64,000 nt of DNA. It comes from an uncultured Phycisphaerales bacterium. Its GTDB lineage: Bacteria > Planctomycetota > Phycisphaerae > Sedimentisphaerales > Anaerobacaceae. The stretch covers positions 352,001 through 416,000 of the forward strand of contig CAVYYI010000001.1 in assembly GCA_963772725.1 (NCBI GenBank). Direction: 5' to 3'. Below the pieces are notes generated by a model. That model searched no databases, had not been told where the DNA came from, and saw only the letters and a list, made by a program, of their open reading frames with translations. The position numbers and the translations under genes were made by a program. Shown one piece after another: positions 12,118 through 22,388 of the stretch (position 1 is its first letter; every line of letters begins with the position of its first letter).

Positions 12118-12203
12118 AGCACCCTTTATGTTAATATTACTAATTATTACATATTATGGTTAGCCCACCTCAATACATATAGATTTTATCGGTCGAAGTA
12201 ATA

Positions 12204-13805
12204 TTATTTCTTGACAGTTTGTTCAATTTTTGGCAGGGGTCCCGCCCTGAATTCCGCTCCTATCGCATTTTTTTCACACATTTCCTTGAGAAGGGCCATT
12301 ATATCGGCATAATAAACCCCTAATCCACCCTGGGCGGGTTTGGCCGCAAGGGTTTTAATGACGCCTCGCAGATCAAATGAACATTTTGCCTGGATGGGAG
12401 GCAAATTCATCTGCGGATTTTCACACATTAACAATAGATAGTTTTGCCCCGCGGGGGCATTGACCGTTATTTTTTTATCAGGAGATTGAACAAAAATGTT
12501 TTTTCGACACAATATCGGCGAACCGAAAAGAACGATTCGCGGCACACCGCTGCGCGACGCGAAGATGGACTTCTGTTTAGTCTGAACTATTTCTTCAATA
12601 TAAAAACTTTTATCGACTCGGATGCGGTTTATTGTAATATCATCGAGTTTTTCAAGCTGCTCACAGGCCGCCAGGCGGATGTCAAAATTTTCGTCACGCA
12701 AGAGTATTCTCCCTATGGCGGCGATATCCTCCTTGCGACCGGATGCGGCGATTGATATAAGCGCCTCATTGCGGTGGACAGAGTCTTTATTCATCGCTAT
12801 GTTTCTTAGTGTGTTCAGTCCCTGGTCGCTACCGAGATTCAGCAGGCATGTCGCGGCCTTGAGCTGTATCTCTTCGTCAGATGAATTGAGTAATGCCGAC
12901 AGGTCGCCTATACACGCAGTACCTATCGCCTCGAGAGCGATTTCGCTTGAGGATTCATTTCCTGTTATTGCGAGATTTCTTACAAGAGCTTTTATCCTTT
13001 GCTGAGTAACTTGCGGCTGCTCATTGATATATATTGCTTTTATGACGCTGAGAAATCGTTGTTTTTGCCCTTTATATCTGTCCGGTATTTTTATTATAAT
13101 CGTATTTTCGGAAATGGCCTTTGCGGTCTCGTTTCCGAACCGCTCAATGAGGATATTGCGGATACGGTTGGCAACGAGAAAGTCAGGCTTTTTTAAAACA
13201 AGTGAAAGGTTGTACGGCTCAAGCACCTTGCCCCCGCCGGGAATATAGCCGGTTTTGAGGTCGATTTTCGCGGGATCCATTTTATCAATATAAATCTGAC
13301 CGTTGCCTAATGCCACCGGCTTGAGGGCTGTCCCGAACCTTCCTTTTTCAAAAAATTCAGCGTTATACAGTGAGCCGCCTTCGAGAGAGGTTGTTTCCGT
13401 GTCATGCAATGCGGTTACTTTTATATCAAAGCGTTCATCTTTTGGCGCTCCAGTGGGCATAAGACCTTCAAGATATACAACTGCGGTATTGCGGCTTGTT
13501 ATAAATTTTTCAACATCCTGTATATTTGGTATTCGCTGAGCAATATATTTTTCAAGGTATTGCCGTATCTGTTTAGGACACTCTTGCGAGCCTGTGCCTT
13601 TGAGGTTTAACATAAGCGAATATCCTTCGACAGGTACCGTGTCGGCCTGGGTTATTTCGCTTACCGAGCCTATTGTCGCGTCCGTATCTGCCTTTGGTAT
13701 TCCCAGTTGAGGGGTTTTGGTCGGTTCACCGCAACCTGTTACGAAAAAAACAATGGTTATAATCGCACCGGTCAATAATATATTTTTTTGCTGAATGTTC
13801 ATCAT
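12204..13805 (-). CDS. FlgI (P-ring)-like domain plus HEAT-repeat lipoprotein
   Basis: Lipobox FVTGC; VEGYSLMLNLKGTGS, NTAVVYLEG...DIKVTAL...SLEGGSL resembles the FlgI N-domain; C-terminal HEAT-like repeats. Confidence 0.7.
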   Translation of the reverse strand: MMNIQQKNILLTGAIITIVFFVTGCGEPTKTPQLGIPKADTDATIGSVSEITQADTVPVEGYSLMLNLKGTGSQECPKQIRQYLEKYIAQRIPNIQDVEKFITSRNTAVVYLEGLMPTGAPKDERFDIKVTALHDTETTSLEGGSLYNAEFFEKGRFGTALKPVALGNGQIYIDKMDPAKIDLKTGYIPGGGKVLEPYNLSLVLKKPDFLVANRIRNILIERFGNETAKAISENTIIIKIPDRYKGQKQRFLSVIKAIYINEQPQVTQQRIKALVRNLAITGNESSSEIALEAIGTACIGDLSALLNSSDEEIQLKAATCLLNLGSDQGLNTLRNIAMNKDSVHRNEALISIAASGRKEDIAAIGRILLRDENFDIRLAACEQLEKLDDITINRIRVDKSFYIEEIVQTKQKSIFASRSGVPRIVLFGSPILCRKNIFVQSPDKKITVNAPAGQNYLLLMCENPQMNLPPIQAKCSFDLRGVIKTLAAKPAQGGLGVYYADIMALLKEMCEKNAIGAEFRAGPLPKIEQTVKK

Positions 13806-13901
13806 AAACAAATTTCCCAAAATACCTGCTTTACTCAATCTAACAGCGGCTAATCCTATCTTATTTCCACTATAAGCGTCAAGACTTAAACTATTACCCT
13901 G

Positions 13902-15479
13902 TTAAAATAACATGCAATCAGCGTAAACAGTCGTGAAATCGGGCTCGTGCGCGATTTCTACGTATCGTATTTTTCGGGCTAATTTGCCTGCGTGAATTCT
14001 TGCCTGACGGCTTAATAATATCATCTCCGCTCCACTCAGAGCAGCGTTGCCGATGAAATGAATCCGTTCGACAGGTACATTGGGGAGCAGTCCTATTCGC
14101 ATCGCACTTTCACGCCTGATATAATTGCCGAATGCGCCTGCTAACAGGACGCACTTAATATCCGAATCGGTAAGACACGTTTTTTTCTGCAGAAGTTTTA
14201 TCCCTGTTCTGATTGCGGCCTTTGCGAGCTGCATCTGGCGGATGTCTCTTTGTGTAAGGATAACTTTGTTTTTACCGCTTTGAGCAAGCAGAAAGGCAGG
14301 CTGGTCGTCTTTTTCAATAATTCGTGAAATGATTTTAGGATGCAATTTGCCTTTGAGATTTTCAACTTTTACAAAACATCCTGTATTATCAATAACGCCC
14401 AGTTCGAGTAATACCGCGACTGCGTCGATAAGTCCGCTGCCGCATATCGAATGGGCAGCGGCACCGCCTATCACATCGAAGTCTATATCATCGGCGTTTA
14501 CCACCACAGCTTCAATCGCGCCACGACCAGCCCTGCTGCCGCAGCTTATTCTTGCCCCCTCCAGTGCAGGTCCCGCCGCGCAGCTTGCGGCCAAAAGTTC
14601 TTCACCCACAGCCAGCACTATTTCGCCATTTGTGCCAATATCAACGATGAGAGTCGTCTCTTTTACTGACCCTATATTCGTCGCTAACGCGACGGCCACC
14701 GTATCGGCACCGACAAAACCTGCGATATTTTCAATCGTATGGACATTCCCATCAGGATTAATATTAAGGCCTGATTTGCCGGGTGGAATATCGTATGCCT
14801 CAACCGAAAACGCCTTATAAGGGGCTTGACCTAATTGTGCCACAGGCAGGCCGAGGAACAGATGGTTCATCGTAGTATTGCCCGCGATGGCGACTTCATA
14901 TATTTGTTGCGGGTCGGCGTCAATCTGTCTGCATAATTTCACAATCATTTTATTCACACAGTCTATTATTGCTTTTCGCAGTTCACCGGCTTTCTCCTCG
15001 TTCTGTGCATAAGCGATTCTGCTTATAACATCGTCGCCATACTGGATTTGCGGATTAAGTTTAGCCTCAGTCGCCAAACATTTCCCATTCTTCATATCGA
15101 GCAGTTTTGTGACTACCGTGGTTGTACCTATATCAACTGCCACCCCAAGAATATCCCATTTGGTACTTTGATACTTTATATATATATCAGGCTTGATTTT
15201 TGTCTGCGTTTCAATGCCCGCGGTGAGAATTTTCTGTTCAAACAGTCTCGATGCCGAAGGTATTGTTACAACAATGTCGCCTTGAATAAGATACTGACAT
15301 GCCAATACCTTCTGACCTCCCGGTTCAAGATTTACTGCGCACTTTCCACACGTACCTTTACCGCCGCAAACGGTGTTAAGAATAATCCCCGCCTGGCCGG
15401 CCGCATCCAGCAGAGTCGCCCCTGAGTGAATTGAAACTCGCCTGCTATCGGGCTCGAACGTTATATTGAAATGCTTCAT
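13902..15479 (-). CDS. ASKHA-domain [2Fe-2S] protein, RACo/DUF4445 family (reductive activator of corrinoid proteins)
   Basis: CGGKGTCGKC...LACQ ferredoxin; DIGTTT, GDDVISRI, DIGTNGE, AAGPALEG, ICGSG and LAGAFG. Confidence 0.9.
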   Translation of the reverse strand: MKHFNITFEPDSRRVSIHSGATLLDAAGQAGIILNTVCGGKGTCGKCAVNLEPGGQKVLACQYLIQGDIVVTIPSASRLFEQKILTAGIETQTKIKPDIYIKYQSTKWDILGVAVDIGTTTVVTKLLDMKNGKCLATEAKLNPQIQYGDDVISRIAYAQNEEKAGELRKAIIDCVNKMIVKLCRQIDADPQQIYEVAIAGNTTMNHLFLGLPVAQLGQAPYKAFSVEAYDIPPGKSGLNINPDGNVHTIENIAGFVGADTVAVALATNIGSVKETTLIVDIGTNGEIVLAVGEELLAASCAAGPALEGARISCGSRAGRGAIEAVVVNADDIDFDVIGGAAAHSICGSGLIDAVAVLLELGVIDNTGCFVKVENLKGKLHPKIISRIIEKDDQPAFLLAQSGKNKVILTQRDIRQMQLAKAAIRTGIKLLQKKTCLTDSDIKCVLLAGAFGNYIRRESAMRIGLLPNVPVERIHFIGNAALSGAEMILLSRQARIHAGKLARKIRYVEIAHEPDFTTVYADCMLF

Positions 15480-15783
15480 AATTAGTATTTAGCCGTCAGC
15501 GGCCAGCCTTCAGGGCGCATTATCGCTCCCCACAAGCCATCGGCTAACGGCTACTCACTAATGCCTATCCACTAATCTTGTGATGTACTTTCCAGCGGGC
15601 ATGCCTTTTTTTACTGCCCACTTTGCGTCTGCGTCTCGGTTTTGCCATTTACTTCTCCACAAAACTATCAAAAACTTTGTTCCAAATTACTTTCAATCTT
15701 TCACAAGTTGTGGTATTATAATGGAAAATTGTGAAAACGCAAAAGACTTTTTTGTTTTTTGCTGATTAATTGGGGCATCTAAA

Positions 15784-16074
15784 ATGATTCAATGTAAAGA
15801 TTGCGAATTCTGCGAGATGGGCGAACAAGGCCGTAGAACCTTCAAATGCGACCCCTTTGTCAATATCAAAGAGCCGGAATGCCTCGCCAAATGGCAGCTT
15901 ATACGTCTCGACATGCTCGTGATGAGTTACCAGGAAATGCTGAGGTTTCAGTCGAAATTCGCCCCGCTGCAGGATAAAATCATGAAATACGTCAAGCGGG
16001 AGATGGAAGATTTGGACGATTCAGACCGCTGGAAACTCGACGACGAGGAACATCCCGGCAGCGATATCCCATAA
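15784..16074 (+). CDS. hypothetical Cys-rich protein
   Basis: MIQCKDCEFC...CDPF...ECLAKWQL; plausible coding composition with an acidic tail. Confidence 0.7.
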   Translation: MIQCKDCEFCEMGEQGRRTFKCDPFVNIKEPECLAKWQLIRLDMLVMSYQEMLRFQSKFAPLQDKIMKYVKREMEDLDDSDRWKLDDEEHPGSDIP

Positions 16075-16077
16075 TTC

Positions 16078-16120
16078 GCAGGGTTGTTTAGCCGCGAGGC
16101 AGGTCTCGCGGTTTCCCTGC
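16078..16120. terminator. hairpin between convergent genes
   Basis: GCCGCGAG/CTCGCGGT stem with outer GCAGGG/CCCTGC pairing. Confidence 0.45.
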
Positions 16121-16135
16121 TGGTTTAATTTCGGA

Positions 16136-16510
16136 TTACGTTTTTCCGGCCTGCGCAAAAAAGGATTCGGCACTTTCCTTAATTTTTTCCTTGGTCAGGT
16201 TACGGGTATGTGTAGCAATCATCCAGGAATATCCGAATGGGTCTTTCAGCGACCCGCATCGGTCTCCCCAGAGCATATTGGCCACGGGCATTGTTACGGT
16301 AGCACCGGCAGCCACCGCCTGCTTGAAAATTTCATCCACGTTCGGCACATAAACGTAAAGGCCTACAGGCGATGTGCCGAGACTTTGTGCGCTCTTGCAT
16401 TCCTGGGCCGGTCTTTCATCTCCCATCATAAGGATAGAATCGCCGATTTGTATCGCGGCATGCATTGTGCCGTTGCCGTCCGGCGAGGGGAATATCTCTA
16501 TTTCCTTTAT
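16136..16510 (-). pseudogene. 5'-truncated VOC/PhnB-family protein
   Basis: MHAAIQIGDSILM...WGDRCGSLKDPFGYSW; homology runs upstream (KEIEIFPSPDGNGT) to an in-frame TGA, and the usual N-terminal segment is missing. Confidence 0.65.
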
Positions 16511-16806
16511 TCAAGGGTTATTAGTGAAAGGCTGTTATCTCACGCTTTTCTTAAAACCACAACACCAATTTTAGCAGCGTCTTAACAATTCGCTATAAGC
16601 GAAAACCTTAATTTAACACCCCTGTTTGCCTAATGCTGACCTTCGTTAATCCAGTCCGGCAAAACACGCTTTTTTTGGAAAAAAACTTTGCTAAAAGGGA
16701 TGTGGGAACGTAGTATTAAGATGTATCTGAAAAATAAGACTTTTTGCAGAAAAATGCAATAAAGCAGGCTGCAAAGCCGTCTGTATATATGTAAAAGCGT
16801 CTGAAT

Positions 16807-17340
16807 ATGGCCAAAAACGATGATTTAGCCCGGATAATAGCTGGCTGCAAGAAGGGCGCCAATGAGAGCTTTTCCCTGCTGGTCGATATGTATTCAGGCC
16901 GGTGTTTCGGGTATTTTTATCGTCTGACGAGCAACCGTGAGGTCAGCAACGACTTGCTCAGTGAGTTATTTGTTCGCGTGGTTGAAAAGATAGACGGTTA
17001 CAGGGACGGCTCATTCGATGGGTGGCTGTTCACAATTGCGTCTAATATCTTTTATGACCATTTGAGGAACAAGAAACTGCAGGCAAAATTGCTGGATGCG
17101 CACAAGGACAGGATACAGGCGAAATTTAAGGAAATAAAGCATTCGACGATTGAGAAATTCGACCTGCTGCAGATGCAGTTAGAGAAAATGGATGACGAGA
17201 CGAGGGAAGTGATAATGCTGCGGTTTTATTCGCAGATGAGTTTTAAGGAAATCGCGGAGATGAAAGGTGAGCCGATAGGGACGGTGCTGTCGAGGCTGCA
17301 CCGAGGATTAAAAAAGCTTCGCGAATTGATGGATGGTTAG
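16807..17340 (+). CDS. ECF RNA polymerase sigma factor
   Basis: Region 2 (DLLSELFVRV...FDGWLFTIASN) and region 4 (MSFKEIAEMKGEPIGTVLSRLHRG). Confidence 0.95.
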   Translation: MAKNDDLARIIAGCKKGANESFSLLVDMYSGRCFGYFYRLTSNREVSNDLLSELFVRVVEKIDGYRDGSFDGWLFTIASNIFYDHLRNKKLQAKLLDAHKDRIQAKFKEIKHSTIEKFDLLQMQLEKMDDETREVIMLRFYSQMSFKEIAEMKGEPIGTVLSRLHRGLKKLRELMDG

Positions 17341-17344
17341 AATT

Positions 17345-17854
17345 ATGAATTATCCAAATGAAAATCTGAAAGAATTGTTCGGGAAGTTTTTAACTTCACA
17401 GGAAGCACAGCAGGCGGCTGAGGATGTGCGAAAAGCGGACGAAATGCTGGCGAAATATACTTCGCCGATGCCAGACGCAGAGGCAGTGGCAGATATAAAG
17501 GCTAAAACGGCGGCTGCGGTGGGACAGAGGAAAACTAAGCTTGCCTTGAGGCGTACGACTTACAGAATCAGCGCGGCGGCAGCGGCGATTTTGATTATAG
17601 CGTCGGTGGGGGTGGTATTGCTGCAGAAAAATATGTATAAACCAGCAACAGGGCTGATATCGAATGCTGTGTGGGATAGTTATGACCTTAGCGAGGACGA
17701 CCCTGAATTGGCGATATTAACAACGGAAGTGAAACAGGCGGAAATGGATATGTCGGCTATTCATCTTGGCGAAAGCTGGAACAGCACAAGTATTGATTCG
17801 ACTGAGGCTGAAATGGAATTGGTGGAAATCGGAAGTCTTTTAGAGAAAGGATAA
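17345..17854 (+). CDS. putative single-pass anti-sigma factor
   Basis: Directly after the ECF gene; one TM helix (ISAAAAAILIIASVGVVLL). Confidence 0.65.
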   Translation: MNYPNENLKELFGKFLTSQEAQQAAEDVRKADEMLAKYTSPMPDAEAVADIKAKTAAAVGQRKTKLALRRTTYRISAAAAAILIIASVGVVLLQKNMYKPATGLISNAVWDSYDLSEDDPELAILTTEVKQAEMDMSAIHLGESWNSTSIDSTEAEMELVEIGSLLEKG

Positions 17855-17858
17855 CGGA

Positions 17859-18839
17859 ATGAAAAGCTTTCATAAGGTGTTTTTGATTTTGGTGATTACA
17901 AGTGCAATATTTTCTGGGCATAAATTGGCGTATAGCGCCGATGAAAAGGGGGGCGATGGCATTGGTGCTAAGCCCGTTCCTGCGGCGGTTGAAGAAGCCA
18001 AACGGGGTGAACTGACTAAGGAGGTGATTGACCGTGTTATGGCGAGGCTGAGAGAGGCTGACCCGAAAAAGGCTGATGCGATGGAGAAACTTCGCCAGAA
18101 AGACCCGCAGGAATTCAAACAGGAACTGCGGAATATTATGCATCAGTTTCGCCAAAGGACGCAGGATGGCGGGCCTGAAGTGCCTGCCGGCGAACCGCCT
18201 CGCGGTCACGGCAGGGAAGTCGAACAGGTTGAACCAGGCATGGCAGCGTCAATAATGGAAAAGATGATAGAAAAGGAGGCGGAATATATTGGGTGGCTCG
18301 AGAAGAATTATCCGGATGAGGCTGAGAAACTGGCAAAAATTAAAAAGGAGGCTCCGGGGCTTTATTTAAGGCAGTTCACTCTTAGTATGAAGAAAAACGC
18401 TGGTGTTTATCAGGCATGGAAGCAAAATCCGGAGTTAGGCGAGGTTGTTAAGCAGGATATTGAATTGAGGCAAAAGTTAAATGAATTAGTAAAAAAAGTC
18501 AAAGCTGCGCAGAGCGATGAACAAAAGCAGGAACTTACAAAACAGGTTACAGATATTCTTAACAGCCGATACGATTTGCTTGTGAAGCAGCAACAGATAA
18601 GGTACCAGATATTGCTTAAGAAACTCGATGAGCTGAAAGCGGAAGCTAAAGAAAAAGAGGCTCAGGTAGAAAAATGGAAAGACCCCAAGTATAAAGAAGA
18701 GAATGTAAAGGCGCGTTTAATGAAGTGCTCCAGGGTTCGGGTAAGTTTAAGTGGGAATGATATGATGCGTCCTTTAGCCGAAACCAAATTTAAACAAATT
18801 AAAGTAAAAAAATTCGAAAAACAAAGTGAAATTACTTGA
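17859..18839 (+). CDS. secreted helical/coiled-coil protein (true end probably 18760 after a 1-nt indel)
   Basis: Signal peptide and charged helical body; adding one A at about 18720 gives RLNEVLQGSGKFKWE* and removes the overlap with the convergent gene. Confidence 0.7.
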   Translation: MKSFHKVFLILVITSAIFSGHKLAYSADEKGGDGIGAKPVPAAVEEAKRGELTKEVIDRVMARLREADPKKADAMEKLRQKDPQEFKQELRNIMHQFRQRTQDGGPEVPAGEPPRGHGREVEQVEPGMAASIMEKMIEKEAEYIGWLEKNYPDEAEKLAKIKKEAPGLYLRQFTLSMKKNAGVYQAWKQNPELGEVVKQDIELRQKLNELVKKVKAAQSDEQKQELTKQVTDILNSRYDLLVKQQQIRYQILLKKLDELKAEAKEKEAQVEKWKDPKYKEENVKARLMKCSRVRVSLSGNDMMRPLAETKFKQIKVKKFEKQSEIT

Positions 18840-19761
18840 AACTTCGGATGGGTCTTCTGCGGGGTAGGGTTTTGGGCGTTGAGGGCTGAGCAGTGGGAGC
18901 GGGGACTTTAGCGGGTTTGGCTGCGAAGTTTGAATTAACATCGGTTTGGCCAATGCTGCTTATTGTTGCGGCTTCTTCTGCGCTTATGCGACCAGCATTG
19001 GCTGAGGAGGGGGAAACCGCGTTAGAATCATTTTTTTGAGGGTTGGACTGAGGGGTCATCAATTCAGAAAGCATACTTTCCAGTAGTTTTGTTCTTTCCG
19101 CCTCGCTCATTTCGGGCTGCTTAACCGTTTGCGGCGGTGTGATTGCCGCGGCTGTCATAGTTTTTGAAGAATTAAGGCTGGTAATAGAGATTGGGCCGCC
19201 AGGCGGGACTGGTTTATTCTCGCCTTTTATGAGACTGATTTTAGGCTCCCTTTCCGGCACAAGTGAGATAGTTCGTTCGCCGTCCTTGACTATTACAGCG
19301 TCATTTTTTATTTCCTGGATTAGCACATGCTCCACTTTACTGGACTGTTTTACCCAGTGAAGACCTTTACCGGTTTCGTCTATCAGTGCCAGCGACAGTT
19401 CGGGATTTGATGTACAATAACTTATGCCGATAAGTTTAAAAGAAATCGGTGATTCCACAGGCCTGACAGGTTCCGGGCGGATCGTGTCTCGGATCGGTGT
19501 TGGTGGCGGCGGGGGGTTTAAATACAGCGCAAAGGCCTGCGCCTCTTTAACGAGGGGTGAGACCTGGTTCATATTGTTTTTGGAACGGCTGCCCTGTTCA
19601 CGTTTGAATTTTTCGACGGCGCCTTCAGAGCTTATAAGCTCGATGATTTTTTTATCGGTCTTAGTAGAGCGTAGAACTCCCCCCAGCACAATAATAGCGC
19701 CGACGGCGATTATGCAGACAATACCCGCGATTCGTAATGTTTTTGTCATTTTAACCATCAT
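18832..19761 (-). CDS. membrane-anchored GspC/PilP-like hypothetical protein
   Basis: N-terminal TM, Pro-rich linker, FKLIGI...LALID...WVKQ...IQEIKNDAVIV resembling the GspC HR domain, low-complexity tail. Confidence 0.55.
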   Translation of the reverse strand: MMVKMTKTLRIAGIVCIIAVGAIIVLGGVLRSTKTDKKIIELISSEGAVEKFKREQGSRSKNNMNQVSPLVKEAQAFALYLNPPPPPTPIRDTIRPEPVRPVESPISFKLIGISYCTSNPELSLALIDETGKGLHWVKQSSKVEHVLIQEIKNDAVIVKDGERTISLVPEREPKISLIKGENKPVPPGGPISITSLNSSKTMTAAAITPPQTVKQPEMSEAERTKLLESMLSELMTPQSNPQKNDSNAVSPSSANAGRISAEEAATISSIGQTDVNSNFAAKPAKVPAPTAQPSTPKTLPRRRPIRSFK

Positions 19762-19767
19762 GTTCCT

Positions 19768-21121
19768 TTAGTTTTTGACATTATCGGCAGTATTTGGTTC
19801 CCTCCAATGGATAATTTTTTCAAAATATATTTTTTCGTTTCCGGCGTAATTTGCGCTGTTTTCGGGGGTGTGGCAGTCAGAACAATCGGATTTTGGGTCG
19901 GCTGTAGGCATTTTACCGAGGGTTTTATTGTGTTCGGAGCCTGGGCCGTGGCAGTTTTCGCAACCGACATCTTTAAGATTGGGGGTTGTTTTTTCAGAGA
20001 CAAAGCCGCTTTGGTATTCCAGACCGATGACGTGGCAGATGACGCATTCGGGGTCGTATTGAGTGCCTGTTTTTTCGAGCGTCGCATAGGCTATGGCGTG
20101 GGATTTTGTGCTCCATTTGTCGTATTCGTATTGGTGGCAGGATTTGCAGGATTCTGAGCCGACGTATTTCAAATCATTGGGCAGCGAGAAACGCGGCAGT
20201 TTCTCCAGAAGATTTGCCTGTTTAACAAGTTGCTGATACGTTTCGTAGAGTCTGGTCAGAGTTTTATCGTTGGGCAGATTTTCATTTAAAGGAACCGGGG
20301 CGAAAGTCAATTTGAGTTTTTCGGCGGGTGCCGCGCTTTTTATATCAAGTCTTACAATGTATTTGCCTAATCGACCGGCAGTTATAATAAGGGGGACGGC
20401 ATCGGTGTTATTTTTTATGGTTGGCTCATCCGATTCAGCAGGGCAGATGACGCAGTCGGCAATTTTATTTTCGGTAATTGTTTCGAGCAAGTCAGCATCG
20501 CAGTCGGCCAAAATAAGAATGTTTATGGAATCGATTTGCGGCGACGGAGGCGGGAAAAGGTTTTCCAAAGAAGCTGCGGAGTCTGTTTTACCATTGTAAG
20601 ACGCGACGGTTATATCGATTTTTCTTCCACCGGATGTGAATCGCTTTGTGAATTTTTGGGGCAGATTAACATCGGGTGTTTGGAAGGCGGTTATGGCGTT
20701 GCGGAGAACGGATTGCCCTGGACTGGTCAGAAGCCCGAGGTTCTGGGCAATCTCAGCATCTTTTTCAGTCAGATTGACCATATCGTAATTGAGGATTGTG
20801 AGTGCCTGGACAATTGTCTGGAATTTGATTATATCCTGTTCGAGATTGTTTTGTACGAGATTACCGGTGTCGATAATAAATCTTTTTGAGGCTGGCGCAG
20901 CCGCGAAAATTGCCGGTCGTCTTTCGAGCCCCTCCAAGCTGGCCGCCGGAGCAGCCGCAAGGCTTCAGAGACCCGAGTTCGCTGCCGGTTATAAAAACGG
21001 TAAGTAAATTATTTTTTAGAATATCTTTCGCCGCAGATTTATCCGGTTTAGCTGAAATACACGACAGGGTTATGGCCAAAAGTAAAATATATGCTGCTAA
21101 TCGCCTCATCTGTCTGCCCAA
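19768..21121 (-). CDS. UshA/5'-nucleotidase-like N-terminus fused to a multiheme cytochrome c (c554-like); one apparent frameshift at about 20928
   Basis: Signal peptide; GSLKPCGCSGGQLGG joins LERR...IIDTGN if one G is removed; four CxxCH motifs (CKSCH, CVICH, CENCH, CSDCH). Confidence 0.8.
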
Positions 21122-21145
21122 TTTTTTTATTTGCCTATCAGATTT

Positions 21146-22219
21146 TTATTGTTTAGCGAGATAGAAAAGCCGACAACTGACATCCAGTTGTTCATTTTCT
21201 TTTATTTTTATATGGAGTACATCGGTGAAGGCTTTTTGATTATTTTCGAGAACCGGCGGTGTTATTTCCAATTGCAGTTTGTATCGGTCGCCGATTTTTT
21301 CCTGGCTTAGAACCTTGATGGCTCCATGTGCGGTTGAGGTGGACTCAATCTCGAAATTGTCATTATAATTATTGATTATCCATAGTTCTCTGCTGATGGG
21401 CTTTTGTGTCTCGACGTTAAAGGCAACAATTGATGCTGGTGTAGTTTTGAATTCCGCTGTTGTATTAAAGGTAATGACCGCCATATCGCATTCCGGATGT
21501 GTTAGTCGAATTCTTATGGTGCCTCTCAAACTCTTCCGCAGTTTGTCGATATCGACTTTTGGTTTTAGAACGAAGTGAGTTGACCTTTGAGAAGGATTAA
21601 ATTCAGCGGTTATGCAGTTGGGAGTTGATTCAAACTGTGTTATTGAAAACGGCTGAGTATCAGTGCTTTTCAGGACAATATCCGGGCAGCCGGCATTGTC
21701 TTTTTTCAGCGATAAGTCTAATTGTTTGGGTTCGTAATCAACCTTGGGGACAATATTGGCTTTGAGGGTAAGTTCAACGCTGGGGTTTGTTTTATCGTTG
21801 CTTAATACAGACAAATGCTTTACAGATTGGCCCGGCATTTTTCCGGCGTTATACGTAACTTTTATCGTTCCACTTTCGCCGGGGGCATAATCCCTTTTCT
21901 TAAGTTCATCGGTTGTACAACTGCACGTGCTTTTTATGTCCTTTATTATCAGAGTATCGTTACCGGTATTTGAAAATGCGAACTCACAGGTGTTTTTAGA
22001 ACCAGGTCCCACTGTACCGAAATCATGGATTGTTTTCTCAAAGAAGATTCTGGGGCCTATTTCCCCTTTGGTTTGCTTTGCGGATTCGGGCTTTTCAGTT
22101 TGGGAAAGGGGGGCAATAGCCGCTTGTTTTCTGGTTTCTGCCGCGTTTTTTTGGCAGGACGTCTGCAAAAGCAATGCACAACTCACAGCGATTATTAAAC
22201 TCAGCATGCGGCACTTCAT
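21146..22219 (-). CDS. DUF1573 Ig-like domain lipoprotein
   Basis: Lipobox LQTSC; HDFG...FAFSNTGNDTLIIKDIKSTCSCT...APGESG...SNDKTNP. Confidence 0.85.
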   Translation of the reverse strand: MKCRMLSLIIAVSCALLLQTSCQKNAAETRKQAAIAPLSQTEKPESAKQTKGEIGPRIFFEKTIHDFGTVGPGSKNTCEFAFSNTGNDTLIIKDIKSTCSCTTDELKKRDYAPGESGTIKVTYNAGKMPGQSVKHLSVLSNDKTNPSVELTLKANIVPKVDYEPKQLDLSLKKDNAGCPDIVLKSTDTQPFSITQFESTPNCITAEFNPSQRSTHFVLKPKVDIDKLRKSLRGTIRIRLTHPECDMAVITFNTTAEFKTTPASIVAFNVETQKPISRELWIINNYNDNFEIESTSTAHGAIKVLSQEKIGDRYKLQLEITPPVLENNQKAFTDVLHIKIKENEQLDVSCRLFYLAKQ

Positions 22220-22350
22220 ATTTTTATCTCCAAAAATAAATTGGGAAAATCGTTATTCAGTCCCGTAATAATTTCAGTTTAGCTGGAAAAACACTTTTTA
22301 TCAAGATATTTTCGACATTGTGCGAACAGGCAATTACAAAAAAATAATAC

Positions 22351-22379
22351 TTGCATAAATGTTTTATGTTCTATATAAT
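22351..22379 (+). promoter_or_regulatory. sigma70 promoter of the leu operon
   Basis: TTGCAT (22351-56), 17 nt, TATAAT (22374-79). Confidence 0.75.
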
Positions 22380-22388
22380 AACAAAATT

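Noticed and set aside
12144..12185. Two NrdR-box-like AT palindromes upstream of smc
   Set aside because: The conserved C and/or G positions mismatch in both; too weak without a profile scan.
15491..15552. Short inverted repeat AGCCGTCAGC/GCTAACGGCT upstream of the RACo gene
   Set aside because: Only 10 bp with a mismatch, and no cobalamin riboswitch motifs are recognisable.
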